From positions 32,001-96,000 of the forward strand of contig DASPSR010000062.1 of NCBI GenBank assembly GCA_035623825.1: a stretch of DNA of 64,000 bases. The letters are read 5' to 3'. This DNA comes from Nitrospirota bacterium. GTDB lineage: Bacteria; Nitrospirota; UBA9217. Positions 38,040 through 47,851 of this stretch are shown here, one piece after another; the stretch's first letter is position 1, and each line of letters begins with the position of its first letter. The notes under the pieces are model-generated. The model worked only from the letters and a program-made list of their open reading frames with translations, did not search any database and was not told the DNA's origin. The translations under genes were made by a program, and so were the position numbers.

Positions 38040-38606
38040 ATGAAAAAGATGATGATCGTTGTAGTTACGGGTTTAATGTTCCTGGGCTTAGCATCTCAAC
38101 GCTCGTACGCGGATCCGTGCGGATGCGGTGGGATGGGCATGCCTGGGGGAAGTCAGATGATGCATCACGGCCCGGGTTTCAGGAATGGCTCGCACGGAGG
38201 CGGCCACTTCCTCTGGAAAAAACTCATGGGACTCGGTCTGAGTGATCAGCAGATAGACACTCTGAAGGAGATCAAGACCAGGGTAACAAAGGACACTATC
38301 AAAAAGAGAGCAGACCTCCAATTGGCGAGAGTGGATTTGAGAGAGCTTCTTCGCAAGGATCCTGTCGATATGAAGGCGGTCGAAGCAAGCTTGAAGAAAA
38401 TCGAATCCGCGAGTACCGATCTCAAGCTCAGCCATATCAAGGCACGGGAGGAGATGAAGGCCGTCCTCACGCCCGAGCAGAGGAAAAAGCTTAAAGAGGA
38501 GATCAAGGCCGGTTTCAAGATGCATCAAGGAAGGTATGGCCACGCGGAAGACTCCTCGCCAGTTGTTGCAAAAGATGAGGCGCAGTCCGGGACGGATGCA
38601 GAGTAA
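38040..38606 (+). CDS. Spy/CpxP-family periplasmic protein
   Basis: Signal peptide, G/M/H-rich linker, LGLSDQQ and VLTPEQR motifs. Confidence 0.88.
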   Translation: MKKMMIVVVTGLMFLGLASQRSYADPCGCGGMGMPGGSQMMHHGPGFRNGSHGGGHFLWKKLMGLGLSDQQIDTLKEIKTRVTKDTIKKRADLQLARVDLRELLRKDPVDMKAVEASLKKIESASTDLKLSHIKAREEMKAVLTPEQRKKLKEEIKAGFKMHQGRYGHAEDSSPVVAKDEAQSGTDAE

Positions 38607-38639
38607 TTACGACTTTGCCGGCCCATCTGCGAAGAAGCC

Positions 38640-38969
38640 ATGAGAAAAGCAATATACCTACTTATTGTAATCATGCTCCTGCTTGCTGCTAGCGCACTGC
38701 CCGCTTCTGCATACTGGCGGGGCGGCATCTGGATTGGCCCCGTATGGGGTCCGTGGTGGGGCCCCCCGGCGTATCCATATCCATACTATGGGTCGCCGCC
38801 CGTCGTGGTTCAGCAGCAGCCTCCAGCATACGAGGGGCAGGCGCCGCAGCAAGAGCAACAGCAATATTACTGGTATTATTGCCCGGAATCCAAGACCTAC
38901 TACCCGTACGTGAAACAATGTCCTGGCGGCTGGCTCAAGGTTGTTCCTGCCCCGTCCCAGCCAGAGTAG
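38640..38969 (+). CDS. Secreted Pro/Tyr/Trp-rich small protein
   Basis: Signal peptide; YWYYC..YYPYV..CPGGW.KV.P C-terminal motif. Confidence 0.8.
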   Translation: MRKAIYLLIVIMLLLAASALPASAYWRGGIWIGPVWGPWWGPPAYPYPYYGSPPVVVQQQPPAYEGQAPQQEQQQYYWYYCPESKTYYPYVKQCPGGWLKVVPAPSQPE

Positions 38970-39066
38970 AGGGTGGTAGGGGATTGGCCACGATGAGGAC
39001 GTATTCGCCGCAGCATCCTCTTACCGCTTGCACTGCCGCTGGCAGAAACCTGAGGAGGTGTTATTT

Positions 39067-39573
39067 ATGAGAAAATCGATCTTTTCTAGAATCAATCTTG
39101 CTGCACTGGCAGCGTTTCTTCTCTTTGCACCCGTAATAGGTTACGCAGAAGTCAATGTCGGCGTTACAATCGCCCTGCCACCATTAGTGATACCAGCGCC
39201 CCCTGCCATGGTCGTGATACCTGGATCCTACGTATATTATCCACCTGACTTAAGAGAAGACATTTTCTTTTATCACAATTACTGGTATAGAGCGTATCGA
39301 GGACAGTGGTTCAGATCCAGAGACTATAATGGCCCATGGCATAACGTTGCAATCGAAAGGGTACCCCGTGCGGTTGTCGGGATACCGCCTGACTTCCGAC
39401 GCGGCCCCGTCGTTTATGAGCGCGTTCCCTATGCAGATGTCAGGAGAAACTGGAAGTCATGGGAGAACGAACGCCACTGGGACAGGGAGCGATACGAGAA
39501 AAAGGAGTACCATCATGAGGGTGAAGGGAGAGGAGAGCGAAGCGAACACGAACATGAATATGAACGATATTGA
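39067..39573 (+). CDS. Secreted hypothetical protein
   Basis: ggaggt RBS; signal peptide; AEVNVGVTI..PPP..VVIPG..YY.P..IFFY..YWYR..YNGPW. Confidence 0.8.
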   Translation: MRKSIFSRINLAALAAFLLFAPVIGYAEVNVGVTIALPPLVIPAPPAMVVIPGSYVYYPPDLREDIFFYHNYWYRAYRGQWFRSRDYNGPWHNVAIERVPRAVVGIPPDFRRGPVVYERVPYADVRRNWKSWENERHWDRERYEKKEYHHEGEGRGERSEHEHEYERY

Positions 39574-39869
39574 AAGATAAGTTGTATCCGATCAGTGCGG
39601 GTGGTGAAGACATTTGACGAGGCTGCTGTTGATGTACTCCATCGAGTGCTGGGTTCGCCCCATGAATTCCCAGGAAGGAATCAAGAAGCTGCACAATTAG
39701 TCCGTCTTCAGCGGGAGGAGTCTCACACCCGCCATGATTCGTTTCGAAATGCATGCCTCATGTTCGTGACTTGTGATCAGTAATATAGAATGGCGAAGTG
39801 CATGGCACGGCAAGAGATTGTTTGCAGTATCGACTTCCCAAGATCCAAAGAATCTTGCAAGGAGCGAAT

Positions 39870-40271
39870 ATGAAAACAGGTTCGGAGGCTGAGACCATTC
39901 TCGTGGTGGATGATGACCCTGAAAGCCTCATGGTGTACAGCGAGATCCTCAGCGATTCGGGATACAGAGTGATTGCGCAGACAGACGGGGCGTCGGCTCT
40001 TGCAGCGGTCCAGGAGGTTTCAAGTATCGACCTCGTCATTACCGGCTACAGGATGCCCGATATGAGCGGCTTTGTCCTCATCGAGGAACTGCGAAAAGTT
40101 ATGCCCGCTGTGCAGACGATCATGCTTACCGAGCATGGGAACATAGAGATGTATTTCCGTTCCAGGGACCTCGGGGTGTTTGAGTTTGTGAATAAACCCG
40201 TAAGGAAGACGGAGTTCGAGCGGATCGTCCGTGCAGCCATCGAGAAATCGCGGACCACTGCATCATGCTGA
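39870..40271 (+). CDS. Single-domain response regulator (phosphoacceptor Asp replaced by Gly)
   Basis: ILVVDDD, DLVITGYRMP, IMLT, KP. Confidence 0.85.
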   Translation: MKTGSEAETILVVDDDPESLMVYSEILSDSGYRVIAQTDGASALAAVQEVSSIDLVITGYRMPDMSGFVLIEELRKVMPAVQTIMLTEHGNIEMYFRSRDLGVFEFVNKPVRKTEFERIVRAAIEKSRTTASC

Positions 40272-40419
40272 GAGTGTGGGAATGTCGTAACGAACGGGTC
40301 TTTTTTATTGTAAAGCAAAAAACGATCGCAAATTGAAGAATAAAGGAAGGTGATCAGTATACGTAAACAAAAGCGCCCGAGACGGAGCCGCTCGCCGGCA
40401 GGCCCCGCATAGGCTCTCA

Positions 40420-40926
40420 TCAAAGTCCTGTTGCCGCACCTTCTTTTGCCTTGCGTCGTTCATACACTTCTTGTTGCTTCACCATTTCCTTCGAGCGCAA
40501 CCATCCAACTCCTTTGTCATTTTTTGTGTGATCTAAGGAGATAACGGTTTTATTGCTTGACCAATAAAAACTATCGAGATAGGGGTCAGACTGGGCCCCA
40601 AATTTCTCAAACGCGGCGGATTTTAAACCTTCCCAATTATAGTTTCCAACCACAAAAACTCCAACACTGAAGAGTTTATCACGCCAGAATCCGTATACTA
40701 TTTTTTCCGCTGTTGCGCTCCCTATATGCAGATCTTCATCCTTTCTCGTGTAGAACGTGATGCCCCCGTGACTGGGGTCGGTAGAGTCATAAACTAAGTC
40801 AGAAAAGGTGCTAATGTCCTGGCCCCATACCATATTGCGAAAACCGCCTGGTGTTGACGTGGCACATGCGCTAAACAATATGGCGCATAGAATCACATTC
40901 AGTATCATCGTCTCATGCTTATGCAT
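40420..40926 (-). CDS. Hypothetical lipoprotein
   Basis: Lipobox FSAC; PGGFRNMVWG motif. Confidence 0.7.
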   Translation of the reverse strand: MHKHETMILNVILCAILFSACATSTPGGFRNMVWGQDISTFSDLVYDSTDPSHGGITFYTRKDEDLHIGSATAEKIVYGFWRDKLFSVGVFVVGNYNWEGLKSAAFEKFGAQSDPYLDSFYWSSNKTVISLDHTKNDKGVGWLRSKEMVKQQEVYERRKAKEGAATGL

Positions 40927-41377
40927 CTATATTGAACCTCCGCAGGTGAAATTAACTTCGGCGCTCCGTCATATGCAAAATAAGTCTACAATAAAGCCCT
41001 CGAAAAGTAAAGCCCCACGTTAACCCAGACGCTTCAGTACCGCAGTGTCCATCTCATGGCGTTTTGACCGTCCAAGCGCAGCTGCCTCGTGTCGTTCCAT
41101 GCTTTACGGTACAGCCGAGTCGTGCATGATTGCGGCCATCCGCCCCTCTGGTCTCAATGAGCATCGTTTGAGACTATCACGGCCCGTTATCGCTCAGTGA
41201 AAACTGCTGCCCTTCGCTGCGGTAATTTCCTGTGGGAATGAATTTGGCGAAGGGATCGAATAGGCACTCTTTGTGCGGGTCGAAGGAATTGCGAGATCCG
41301 GCCGGTCCTTTCGGTCAAGCCCTGCAGGCCCCTATTCCTTTTTTCATGCTTTTCCCAAAAAAACAAAAAGAAAAAGG

Positions 41378-41406
41378 TTGACAACACAAATAATTATGTT
41401 TATTAT
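41378..41406 (+). promoter_or_regulatory. sigma70 promoter
   Basis: TTGACA-N17-TATTAT upstream of the pgsA-like gene. Confidence 0.65.
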
Positions 41407-41453
41407 AAATATAAAAGTGCCTTGTTTATCTGCGAGTTTGCTATGGGGTGCCG

Positions 41454-41978
41454 ATGAACCTTCCGAACTATATCACTCTCTTCAGGGTGATCCTGATCCC
41501 ATTCTTCATAAACCTGATGATTTACGGTTACTACCGGACGGCGCTTGCGGTCTTCGTGGCTGCGTGCGTGACTGATGCGCTCGACGGGATGATAGCGAGG
41601 CTCACAAAGACGCAAACCGAGTTGGGCGCTTTTCTTGACCCGATGGCGGATAAATTGCTTATCCTCTCCGCGTTTGTGACCCTTGTGTTGCTCGGAAGAC
41701 TGCCAGTATGGCTGGTTATCATTGTTGTGAGCAGGGATGCCATCCTTACGATGGGAAGTCTCGTTATTTATTTTACTACCCGCGATCTCAGGATTGAGCC
41801 TTCCATCATTGGTAAGGCCACGACGGTTTTGCAGCTGATCGTTGTGACGCTTTCCCTTGTGCTGATGAGCTACGAGGCTGAAATAGGGTTTATGGCCGTA
41901 TTGCAGTGGGCCACGGCCGTGGTAACCATCGCATCGGGAGCCCAGTACGCTGTGCGGGGAATAAAAATGGTAGGGTAG
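41454..41978 (+). CDS. pgsA: CDP-diacylglycerol--glycerol-3-phosphate phosphatidyltransferase-like
   Basis: MNLPNYITLFR, DALDG.IAR..LGAFLDPMADK, SRD, GKATT. Confidence 0.85.
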   Translation: MNLPNYITLFRVILIPFFINLMIYGYYRTALAVFVAACVTDALDGMIARLTKTQTELGAFLDPMADKLLILSAFVTLVLLGRLPVWLVIIVVSRDAILTMGSLVIYFTTRDLRIEPSIIGKATTVLQLIVVTLSLVLMSYEAEIGFMAVLQWATAVVTIASGAQYAVRGIKMVG

Positions 41979-42077
41979 GGTCATCGAGGATTTGCGATGG
42001 TCAGGAATTAAATTAAAAGGGCGGGTTCGATATGTCAAGCGGCGAGATTATCATAGATACCGATGGAGGCGAGGTCC

Positions 42078-42512
42078 ATGAAAATATCCGACATGATCAG
42101 GCAGGCTCTCGAAAAGAAGGGGTTTAAAAATCTGAAGGATGCATCGAAAGTGCTCGGGATAAGCCCGGAACTGCTGCGGGTTACGATTAATAAGGGTCAT
42201 ATACCCAAGGACAAAACCCTCATCATGATCGCGACCAAACTGAACCTGGACAAATCCGTCCTGATTCTTGCCGCTCATCAGGAAAAGGTACCTGCCGAAG
42301 TGAAGGGATTCTTCCTTTCGCCTTCGCAGGCAAAATTCCGTCGTGGAAAACGCAGGTATCCGCTGTCCGAGGAACAGATCAATTACCTCGAGAAGATCAT
42401 GAGCGCCGATGAAATCCTGATGCTGAGAAAATTCCGGCAAGTCACGGACGAGGCAAGAACGCAGATACAGGGGTATGTGGATTATATGTTTGCCTCAAAG
42501 AGGAGTATCTGA
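42078..42512 (+). CDS. XRE-like HTH protein
   Basis: LKDASKVLGISPELL..INKGHIP; C-terminal LRKFRQV. Confidence 0.65.
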   Translation: MKISDMIRQALEKKGFKNLKDASKVLGISPELLRVTINKGHIPKDKTLIMIATKLNLDKSVLILAAHQEKVPAEVKGFFLSPSQAKFRRGKRRYPLSEEQINYLEKIMSADEILMLRKFRQVTDEARTQIQGYVDYMFASKRSI

Positions 42513-43811
42513 TTGCTTGAAATCATGAACGTCCTGCCAGGAAGCACGGCCGCCCTGCTGGGACTGCAAACCGGCGACGCCATCGTCTCAATCAACGGGG
42601 AGGAGATACATGATATCATCGATTTTCAATTTTCTGCGGCCGATGAAAGCCTCAGTCTGGTGGTTCGGAAACAGGATGGCACAACGAAGCGGCTGAGCGT
42701 GGATAAAGAGCCGGATGACACTCTCGGTCTTGAGCTGTCTCCGCTCCGCATCAAGCGATGCCGTAACAAATGCATATTCTGTTTCGTCGATCAGATGCCC
42801 CCCGGGTGCCGGAAGAGCCTGTATATCAAGGACGATGATTTTCGAGCGTCATTTTTATACGGGAACTATATAACGCTCGGCGCGCTTTCAGAGGTTGACT
42901 GGGCAAGGATATTCAAACAACGGCTGAGCCCGCTTTACATATCAGTTCATGCCACCGAGCCGGATCTGCGCGCATTCATTCTGAATAAGAGAAAATCACC
43001 CGATCTCATCTCGAGCTTGAAGCGACTCGCTGCAGGCGGCATACGGATGCACACCCAGGTCGTGTTGTCGCCCGGGATCAATGACGGGCCTCACCTGCTC
43101 AGGACGGTAACGGACCTGGCAGGTCTTTTCCCGGCGGTTTCTTCAATAGCGGTGGTCCCCGTGGGGCTGACCACCTTCAGAAAAGGACTGTTTCCGCTCA
43201 GGCAGTTTACCAGGAGCGAGGCACGTTCCGTGATCGAGGAAATGAAACGTCTCGGAGCGCGTTACAAAAAACAGTTTGGCACACGGCTCGTATTTGCTTC
43301 GGATGAATTCTATATAAAAGCCGGGGAACCGGTTCCTCCGGCAAGTTTTTATGAAGACTTCCCGCAGAAGGAGAACGGCGTTGGCATGGTTGCCGAATTT
43401 TTGCACGAGTTCTCTCATACAAAGGTGCCTGCGAGACTCCATGCGGTCAGGGCGACGCTGGTTACGGGGGTGTCCTTCAGCAGCGTCTTGAAAACGATAG
43501 CTGACCGGCTAACCAGAATTGAAGGTGTGTCGCTCAGGCAGGTAACGGTGAAAAACCGCTTCTTCGGCCCGACCGTCACCGTAGCGGGATTGCTGACCGG
43601 CGGTGATATCCTTCATGCGCTCAAGGGCAAACGGCTCGGGGACATGGTGCTGATACCGGAGTCCGCGCTGAAAGAGGATGACGATGTCTTCCTCGACGGG
43701 ATGCGCCTCGATCACCTGAGAGAAATGCTGATGGTCAATATCCACAAGGCGGGGACTTTCGGCGAGATACTCGCGCGGCTGGGCGCTTATCACGGGGAGG
43801 CGCTGACATGA
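42513..43811 (+). CDS. PDZ/DUF512 radical SAM-like Fe-S protein
   Basis: CRNKCIFCFVDQMP, LYIKDDD.R.SFL.GNYITL, ENGVGM, TVAGLLTG. Confidence 0.92.
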   Translation: MLEIMNVLPGSTAALLGLQTGDAIVSINGEEIHDIIDFQFSAADESLSLVVRKQDGTTKRLSVDKEPDDTLGLELSPLRIKRCRNKCIFCFVDQMPPGCRKSLYIKDDDFRASFLYGNYITLGALSEVDWARIFKQRLSPLYISVHATEPDLRAFILNKRKSPDLISSLKRLAAGGIRMHTQVVLSPGINDGPHLLRTVTDLAGLFPAVSSIAVVPVGLTTFRKGLFPLRQFTRSEARSVIEEMKRLGARYKKQFGTRLVFASDEFYIKAGEPVPPASFYEDFPQKENGVGMVAEFLHEFSHTKVPARLHAVRATLVTGVSFSSVLKTIADRLTRIEGVSLRQVTVKNRFFGPTVTVAGLLTGGDILHALKGKRLGDMVLIPESALKEDDDVFLDGMRLDHLREMLMVNIHKAGTFGEILARLGAYHGEALT

Positions 43812-44665
43812 TTTCCGGCAGGACCGAGATATACGGGATCTTCGGCTATCCCGTGGAGCACACCTTTTCACCGGGAATGCATAACGCTGCATTCAAGAGG
43901 CTCGGCATGGATGCCTGCTATGTGCCGTTCGCGGTGCACCCCGATCGATTAGGCGAGGCGGCAAGGGCCATCCTCCCGCTCGGTCTTCGCGGTCTCAATA
44001 TTACGGTGCCGCACAAGGAAAAAATAATTCAATATCTTGACGAACTCTCGGAAGAAGCGCGGTTGATCGGCGCAGTGAATACCGTCGAGATACGGCAGGG
44101 TAGGCTTGTCGGACACAACACCGATGGACGGGGCTTTCTTCGGTCTTTAAAAGAGAACTCAGGATTCAATCCGAAGGGCAAAAAAATTCTGTTCATCGGC
44201 TCTGGCGGAGCCGCACGCGCCGTGGGGTTCTGTCTCGCGCTCGCAGGCGCCGCCAAGATCTACGTTCGTGATCTTGATACCCGCAAAGCCGATCTTCTCG
44301 TGAGCGACATCCGTGCGAAAACAGGCGCCGACACGGCGTCAATCCATGATGACGAATCTCTCGCCGCATACGCTGCTGAAGCTGATTGCCTGATCAACGC
44401 CACGCCGCTTGGCTTGAAGCGGTCCGATCCGTTGCCTATCCCTCGCGATCTTGTCATGAAAAAGCATCTTGTCTGCGACCTGGTCTATAATCCGCCCGAG
44501 ACCGCGTTCCTCCGGACCGCGAAGTCGCGTGGAGCGAAGCGTCTCGCCGGCCTCGGCATGCTGTTGTATCAGGGAGTAATCGCCTTTGAAATCTGGACAG
44601 GGAAAGAGGCTCCTGTCAAGATCATGAAGAACGCTCTTTCCCGTCAGATCGTTGGTGCCAAATAA
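43808..44665 (+). CDS. aroE: Shikimate dehydrogenase
   Basis: SPGMHN, GLNITVPHK, GAVNT, NTDG, GSGGAARA, ML.YQG. Confidence 0.96.
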   Translation: MISGRTEIYGIFGYPVEHTFSPGMHNAAFKRLGMDACYVPFAVHPDRLGEAARAILPLGLRGLNITVPHKEKIIQYLDELSEEARLIGAVNTVEIRQGRLVGHNTDGRGFLRSLKENSGFNPKGKKILFIGSGGAARAVGFCLALAGAAKIYVRDLDTRKADLLVSDIRAKTGADTASIHDDESLAAYAAEADCLINATPLGLKRSDPLPIPRDLVMKKHLVCDLVYNPPETAFLRTAKSRGAKRLAGLGMLLYQGVIAFEIWTGKEAPVKIMKNALSRQIVGAK

Positions 44666-44691
44666 CGTTTAAGAAACAAACACATACCGCC

Positions 44692-44720
44692 TTGACAGGC
44701 GAAGTTCGTTCCTGTAATAT
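44692..44720 (+). promoter_or_regulatory. sigma70 promoter of the pil operon
   Basis: TTGACA-N17-TAATAT. Confidence 0.6.
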
Positions 44721-44812
44721 CCTTATTTAATGATTAAAGGTTTTCTCTCTCTCAACCGATATGATGGTAGTGAAATCTATGGCTTGAATGCGATTTTTTG
44801 CGAGGAGTTCTT

Positions 44813-46657
44813 ATGGCAATGGCGGGAAGGCTCGGCGCTATGCTCGTTTCGTCGGGCTTGATCACTGATGAGCAATTGAAGAAGGCACTTGCTGCGCAGA
44901 AGTCCGAGGGCGGCAGGCTGGGTTCCGTCCTTGTGAAGCTCGGCTTCGTCCAGGAAGACAAGCTTATGACGTTTCTGAGCAAGCAATACGGCGTCCCGTA
45001 CGTCGACCTGAGCAAGTTCGAGATCAACCCCCTCGTCATTAAACATATTCCCACCGATGTCGCACAGAAATACCGGATCATGCCGATAAACCGTGCCGGG
45101 TCCACGATTACGATAGCCATGGTTGACCCGTCGAACATTTTCGCTATCGATGATATCAAGTTCATGACGGGATACAACGTTGAAGCAGTCGTGGCCGCCG
45201 AGGGTGCTATTGTAGAGTCTATCAAGAAGTATTACGGAGGCGGATCCAAATCGATGGTTGCGTCCAAGGGCGGTGGGATCGCGACAACCACGCAAGACGA
45301 TAAAAAACTTTCTGTGGACATCAAGGATTATTCGCTCGAAGACGCCGAAAAGGAAGACTCCTTTGTCGATGATATTGATACGGGTGGCGTCGTTGACGTC
45401 GAGGACTTCGACAACCTAGTGCACGGCGCGGTGGAGGATCTCGAGGTTGTTGAAGAGGAGAGCCTTGACCAGCTCTCCGCCGAGGTTGAAGCGCCGATCG
45501 TCAAACTGGTGAACGGCATCCTGCTGAGAGCGGCGAAGATGGGAGTGAGCGATATCCATATCGAACCGTACGAAAGGAAGTTCAGAGTGCGGTACCGGCT
45601 TGACGGTGTGCTCACCACGGTCATGGGTCTTCCACTGAAAATCAAGAACGCCATCATATCCAGGGTTAAGATCATGTCGCAGCTTGACATCGCCGAGCGA
45701 AGGCTTCCCCAGGACGGCAGGATCAAGCTGAAGATGGGGAAGAGCAAGACGATGGATTACCGCGTTTCGGTGCTCCCGACCCTCTTTGGCGAGAAGATCG
45801 TCCTGCGGCTCCTGGACAAGTCTAACCTGCAGCTCGATATGACCAAACTCGGCTTCGATGAGGATCAGCTCGTGGACTTTCAAGACGCGCTTGCCAAACC
45901 GTTCGGCATGGTCCTGGTTACGGGGCCCACGGGAAGCGGAAAGACGACCACCCTCTACTCTGCGCTGAGCGAACTCAACAAGGATGATGTAAACCTCATG
46001 ACCGCAGAAGATCCAGTGGAATTTAACCTGATGGGAATCAACCAGGTGCAGATGAAGGACGAGATCGGGCTGAACTTTGCCGCAGCTCTCCGATCGTTCC
46101 TCCGTCAGGACCCGGACATCATCATGGTGGGAGAGATCCGCGATTATGAGACGGCCGAAATAGGCGTCAAGGCCGCGCTCACCGGCCATCTTGTGCTCTC
46201 CACGCTGCATACAAACGATGCGCCGAGTACCATCAACCGTCTGCTCAACATGGGCGTCGAACCGTTCCTCGTTTCATCATCGGTGATCTGCATCATGGCC
46301 CAGAGGCTTGTGCGCAAAACCTGCCAGAAATGCAAGACGCCCGAGAAAATTCCTGCTCAGACATTCATCGATGCGGGCTTTACCCCTGAGGAAGCCGCCA
46401 CGGTCGTCAGTCATAAGGGCGAGGGGTGCGAAGTCTGCAATCGTACCGGGTACAAGGGCAGGGTTGCGCTGTATGAGGTGTTGCCGGTGAAAGACGAGAT
46501 CAAGGAGTTGATCCTCCAGGGGGCCTCGGTGATGGATATTAAAAAGCAGGCCGTAAGTCTCGGAATGAAGACCCTCCGGAGGAGCGGCCTGCTGAAAGTA
46601 AAGTCGGGCCTCACCTCATTGGAAGAAGTGCTGGAAAATACGTTCCCCGACTCATAA
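44813..46657 (+). CDS. pilB: Type IV pilus assembly ATPase PilB
   Basis: MshEN N-terminus, SDIHIEP, GPTGSGKTT, RQDPD, tetracysteine motif. Confidence 0.97.
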   Translation: MAMAGRLGAMLVSSGLITDEQLKKALAAQKSEGGRLGSVLVKLGFVQEDKLMTFLSKQYGVPYVDLSKFEINPLVIKHIPTDVAQKYRIMPINRAGSTITIAMVDPSNIFAIDDIKFMTGYNVEAVVAAEGAIVESIKKYYGGGSKSMVASKGGGIATTTQDDKKLSVDIKDYSLEDAEKEDSFVDDIDTGGVVDVEDFDNLVHGAVEDLEVVEEESLDQLSAEVEAPIVKLVNGILLRAAKMGVSDIHIEPYERKFRVRYRLDGVLTTVMGLPLKIKNAIISRVKIMSQLDIAERRLPQDGRIKLKMGKSKTMDYRVSVLPTLFGEKIVLRLLDKSNLQLDMTKLGFDEDQLVDFQDALAKPFGMVLVTGPTGSGKTTTLYSALSELNKDDVNLMTAEDPVEFNLMGINQVQMKDEIGLNFAAALRSFLRQDPDIIMVGEIRDYETAEIGVKAALTGHLVLSTLHTNDAPSTINRLLNMGVEPFLVSSSVICIMAQRLVRKTCQKCKTPEKIPAQTFIDAGFTPEEAATVVSHKGEGCEVCNRTGYKGRVALYEVLPVKDEIKELILQGASVMDIKKQAVSLGMKTLRRSGLLKVKSGLTSLEEVLENTFPDS

Positions 46658-46711
46658 ACGCTCTTACGGGCAACGATAGAATGCAATAATTATTTTGAAA
46701 GGGCTCTCTAC

Positions 46712-47815
46712 ATGGCTAACCTACATGATCTGCTCAAATACATGATTGAGAAGGGGGCATCGGATCTCCATATAACGACGGGGATTTCACCATCGATCCG
46801 CATTGACGGTAAGATCAAGGCGATTCCGGGACTGGAAGCTCTCACGGCGATGCAAACCAAGGATCTCTGTTACAGCATCCTGACAGATGCGCAAAAGCAC
46901 AAGTTCGAGGAGAACAGCGAACTCGACCTGTCATTCGGGGTAAAGAACCTTTCCCGCTTCCGCGCAAACATTTTCGTGCAGCGGGGAGCCGTGGCCGCGG
47001 CGATCAGAACCATTCCCTTCAAGATAAAAACCTTCCAGGAACTTGGCCTTCCTGAAGTGGTGTCCGACCTGTGCAAAAAACCGAGAGGACTCGTACTGGT
47101 TACCGGCCCAACCGGGAGCGGGAAGTCCACGACGCTGGCATCAATGATCAACAAGATCAACGACGAACGTCAGGAGCATATCATCACGATCGAGGACCCC
47201 ATCGAATACCTGCACCCGCACAGAAAATGCATTGTCAACCAGCGCGAGGTGAACGCTGACACCAGGTCTTTCAAGGACGCACTCAAATATATTCTCCGCC
47301 AGGACCCTGACGTCGTGCTCGTGGGAGAAATGAGGGACCTTGAGACGATCGAAGCAGCTCTCACCATCGCGGAAACTGGGCACCTTACCTTTGCCACGCT
47401 CCACACGAACTCCGCCGCACAGACGATGAACCGTATCATCGACGTTTTCCCGCCTCACCAGCAGTCCCAGGTGAGAGCGCAGCTCTCCTTCGTCCTCGAA
47501 GGTGTCATGTCTCAGCAGCTTATCCCCAAGATTGGCGGAGGCAGGGTGCTTGCGCTTGAGGTCATGATACCGAATTCCGCTATCCGCAATCTCATACGCG
47601 AAGATAAAATTCATCAGATTTATTCGATCATGCAGACCGGCCAGTCCAAGTTCGGCATGCAGACCTTGAACCAGTGCCTGTACGACCTCTACGTTAAAAA
47701 ACAGATAACGTACGAGGACTGCGTCGGGAGGTCGTCAAACGTCGATGAACTCATCCAGATGCTCGGCAGATCTGGCCTGGCCACTGCGCAAGCGGCCCAG
47801 AAAGAGTATCGATGA
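46712..47815 (+). CDS. pilT: Type IV pilus retraction ATPase PilT
   Basis: ASDLHI, GPTGSGKSTT, AIRNLIRE. Confidence 0.97.
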   Translation: MANLHDLLKYMIEKGASDLHITTGISPSIRIDGKIKAIPGLEALTAMQTKDLCYSILTDAQKHKFEENSELDLSFGVKNLSRFRANIFVQRGAVAAAIRTIPFKIKTFQELGLPEVVSDLCKKPRGLVLVTGPTGSGKSTTLASMINKINDERQEHIITIEDPIEYLHPHRKCIVNQREVNADTRSFKDALKYILRQDPDVVLVGEMRDLETIEAALTIAETGHLTFATLHTNSAAQTMNRIIDVFPPHQQSQVRAQLSFVLEGVMSQQLIPKIGGGRVLALEVMIPNSAIRNLIREDKIHQIYSIMQTGQSKFGMQTLNQCLYDLYVKKQITYEDCVGRSSNVDELIQMLGRSGLATAQAAQKEYR

Positions 47816-47851
47816 GATGTGCTCATTTTATAGCTTTCTTGTGAGGTGAAC

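Noticed and set aside
39803-39818. sigma54 promoter TGGCACG before the response regulator
   Set aside because: The -12 GC is absent at the required spacing
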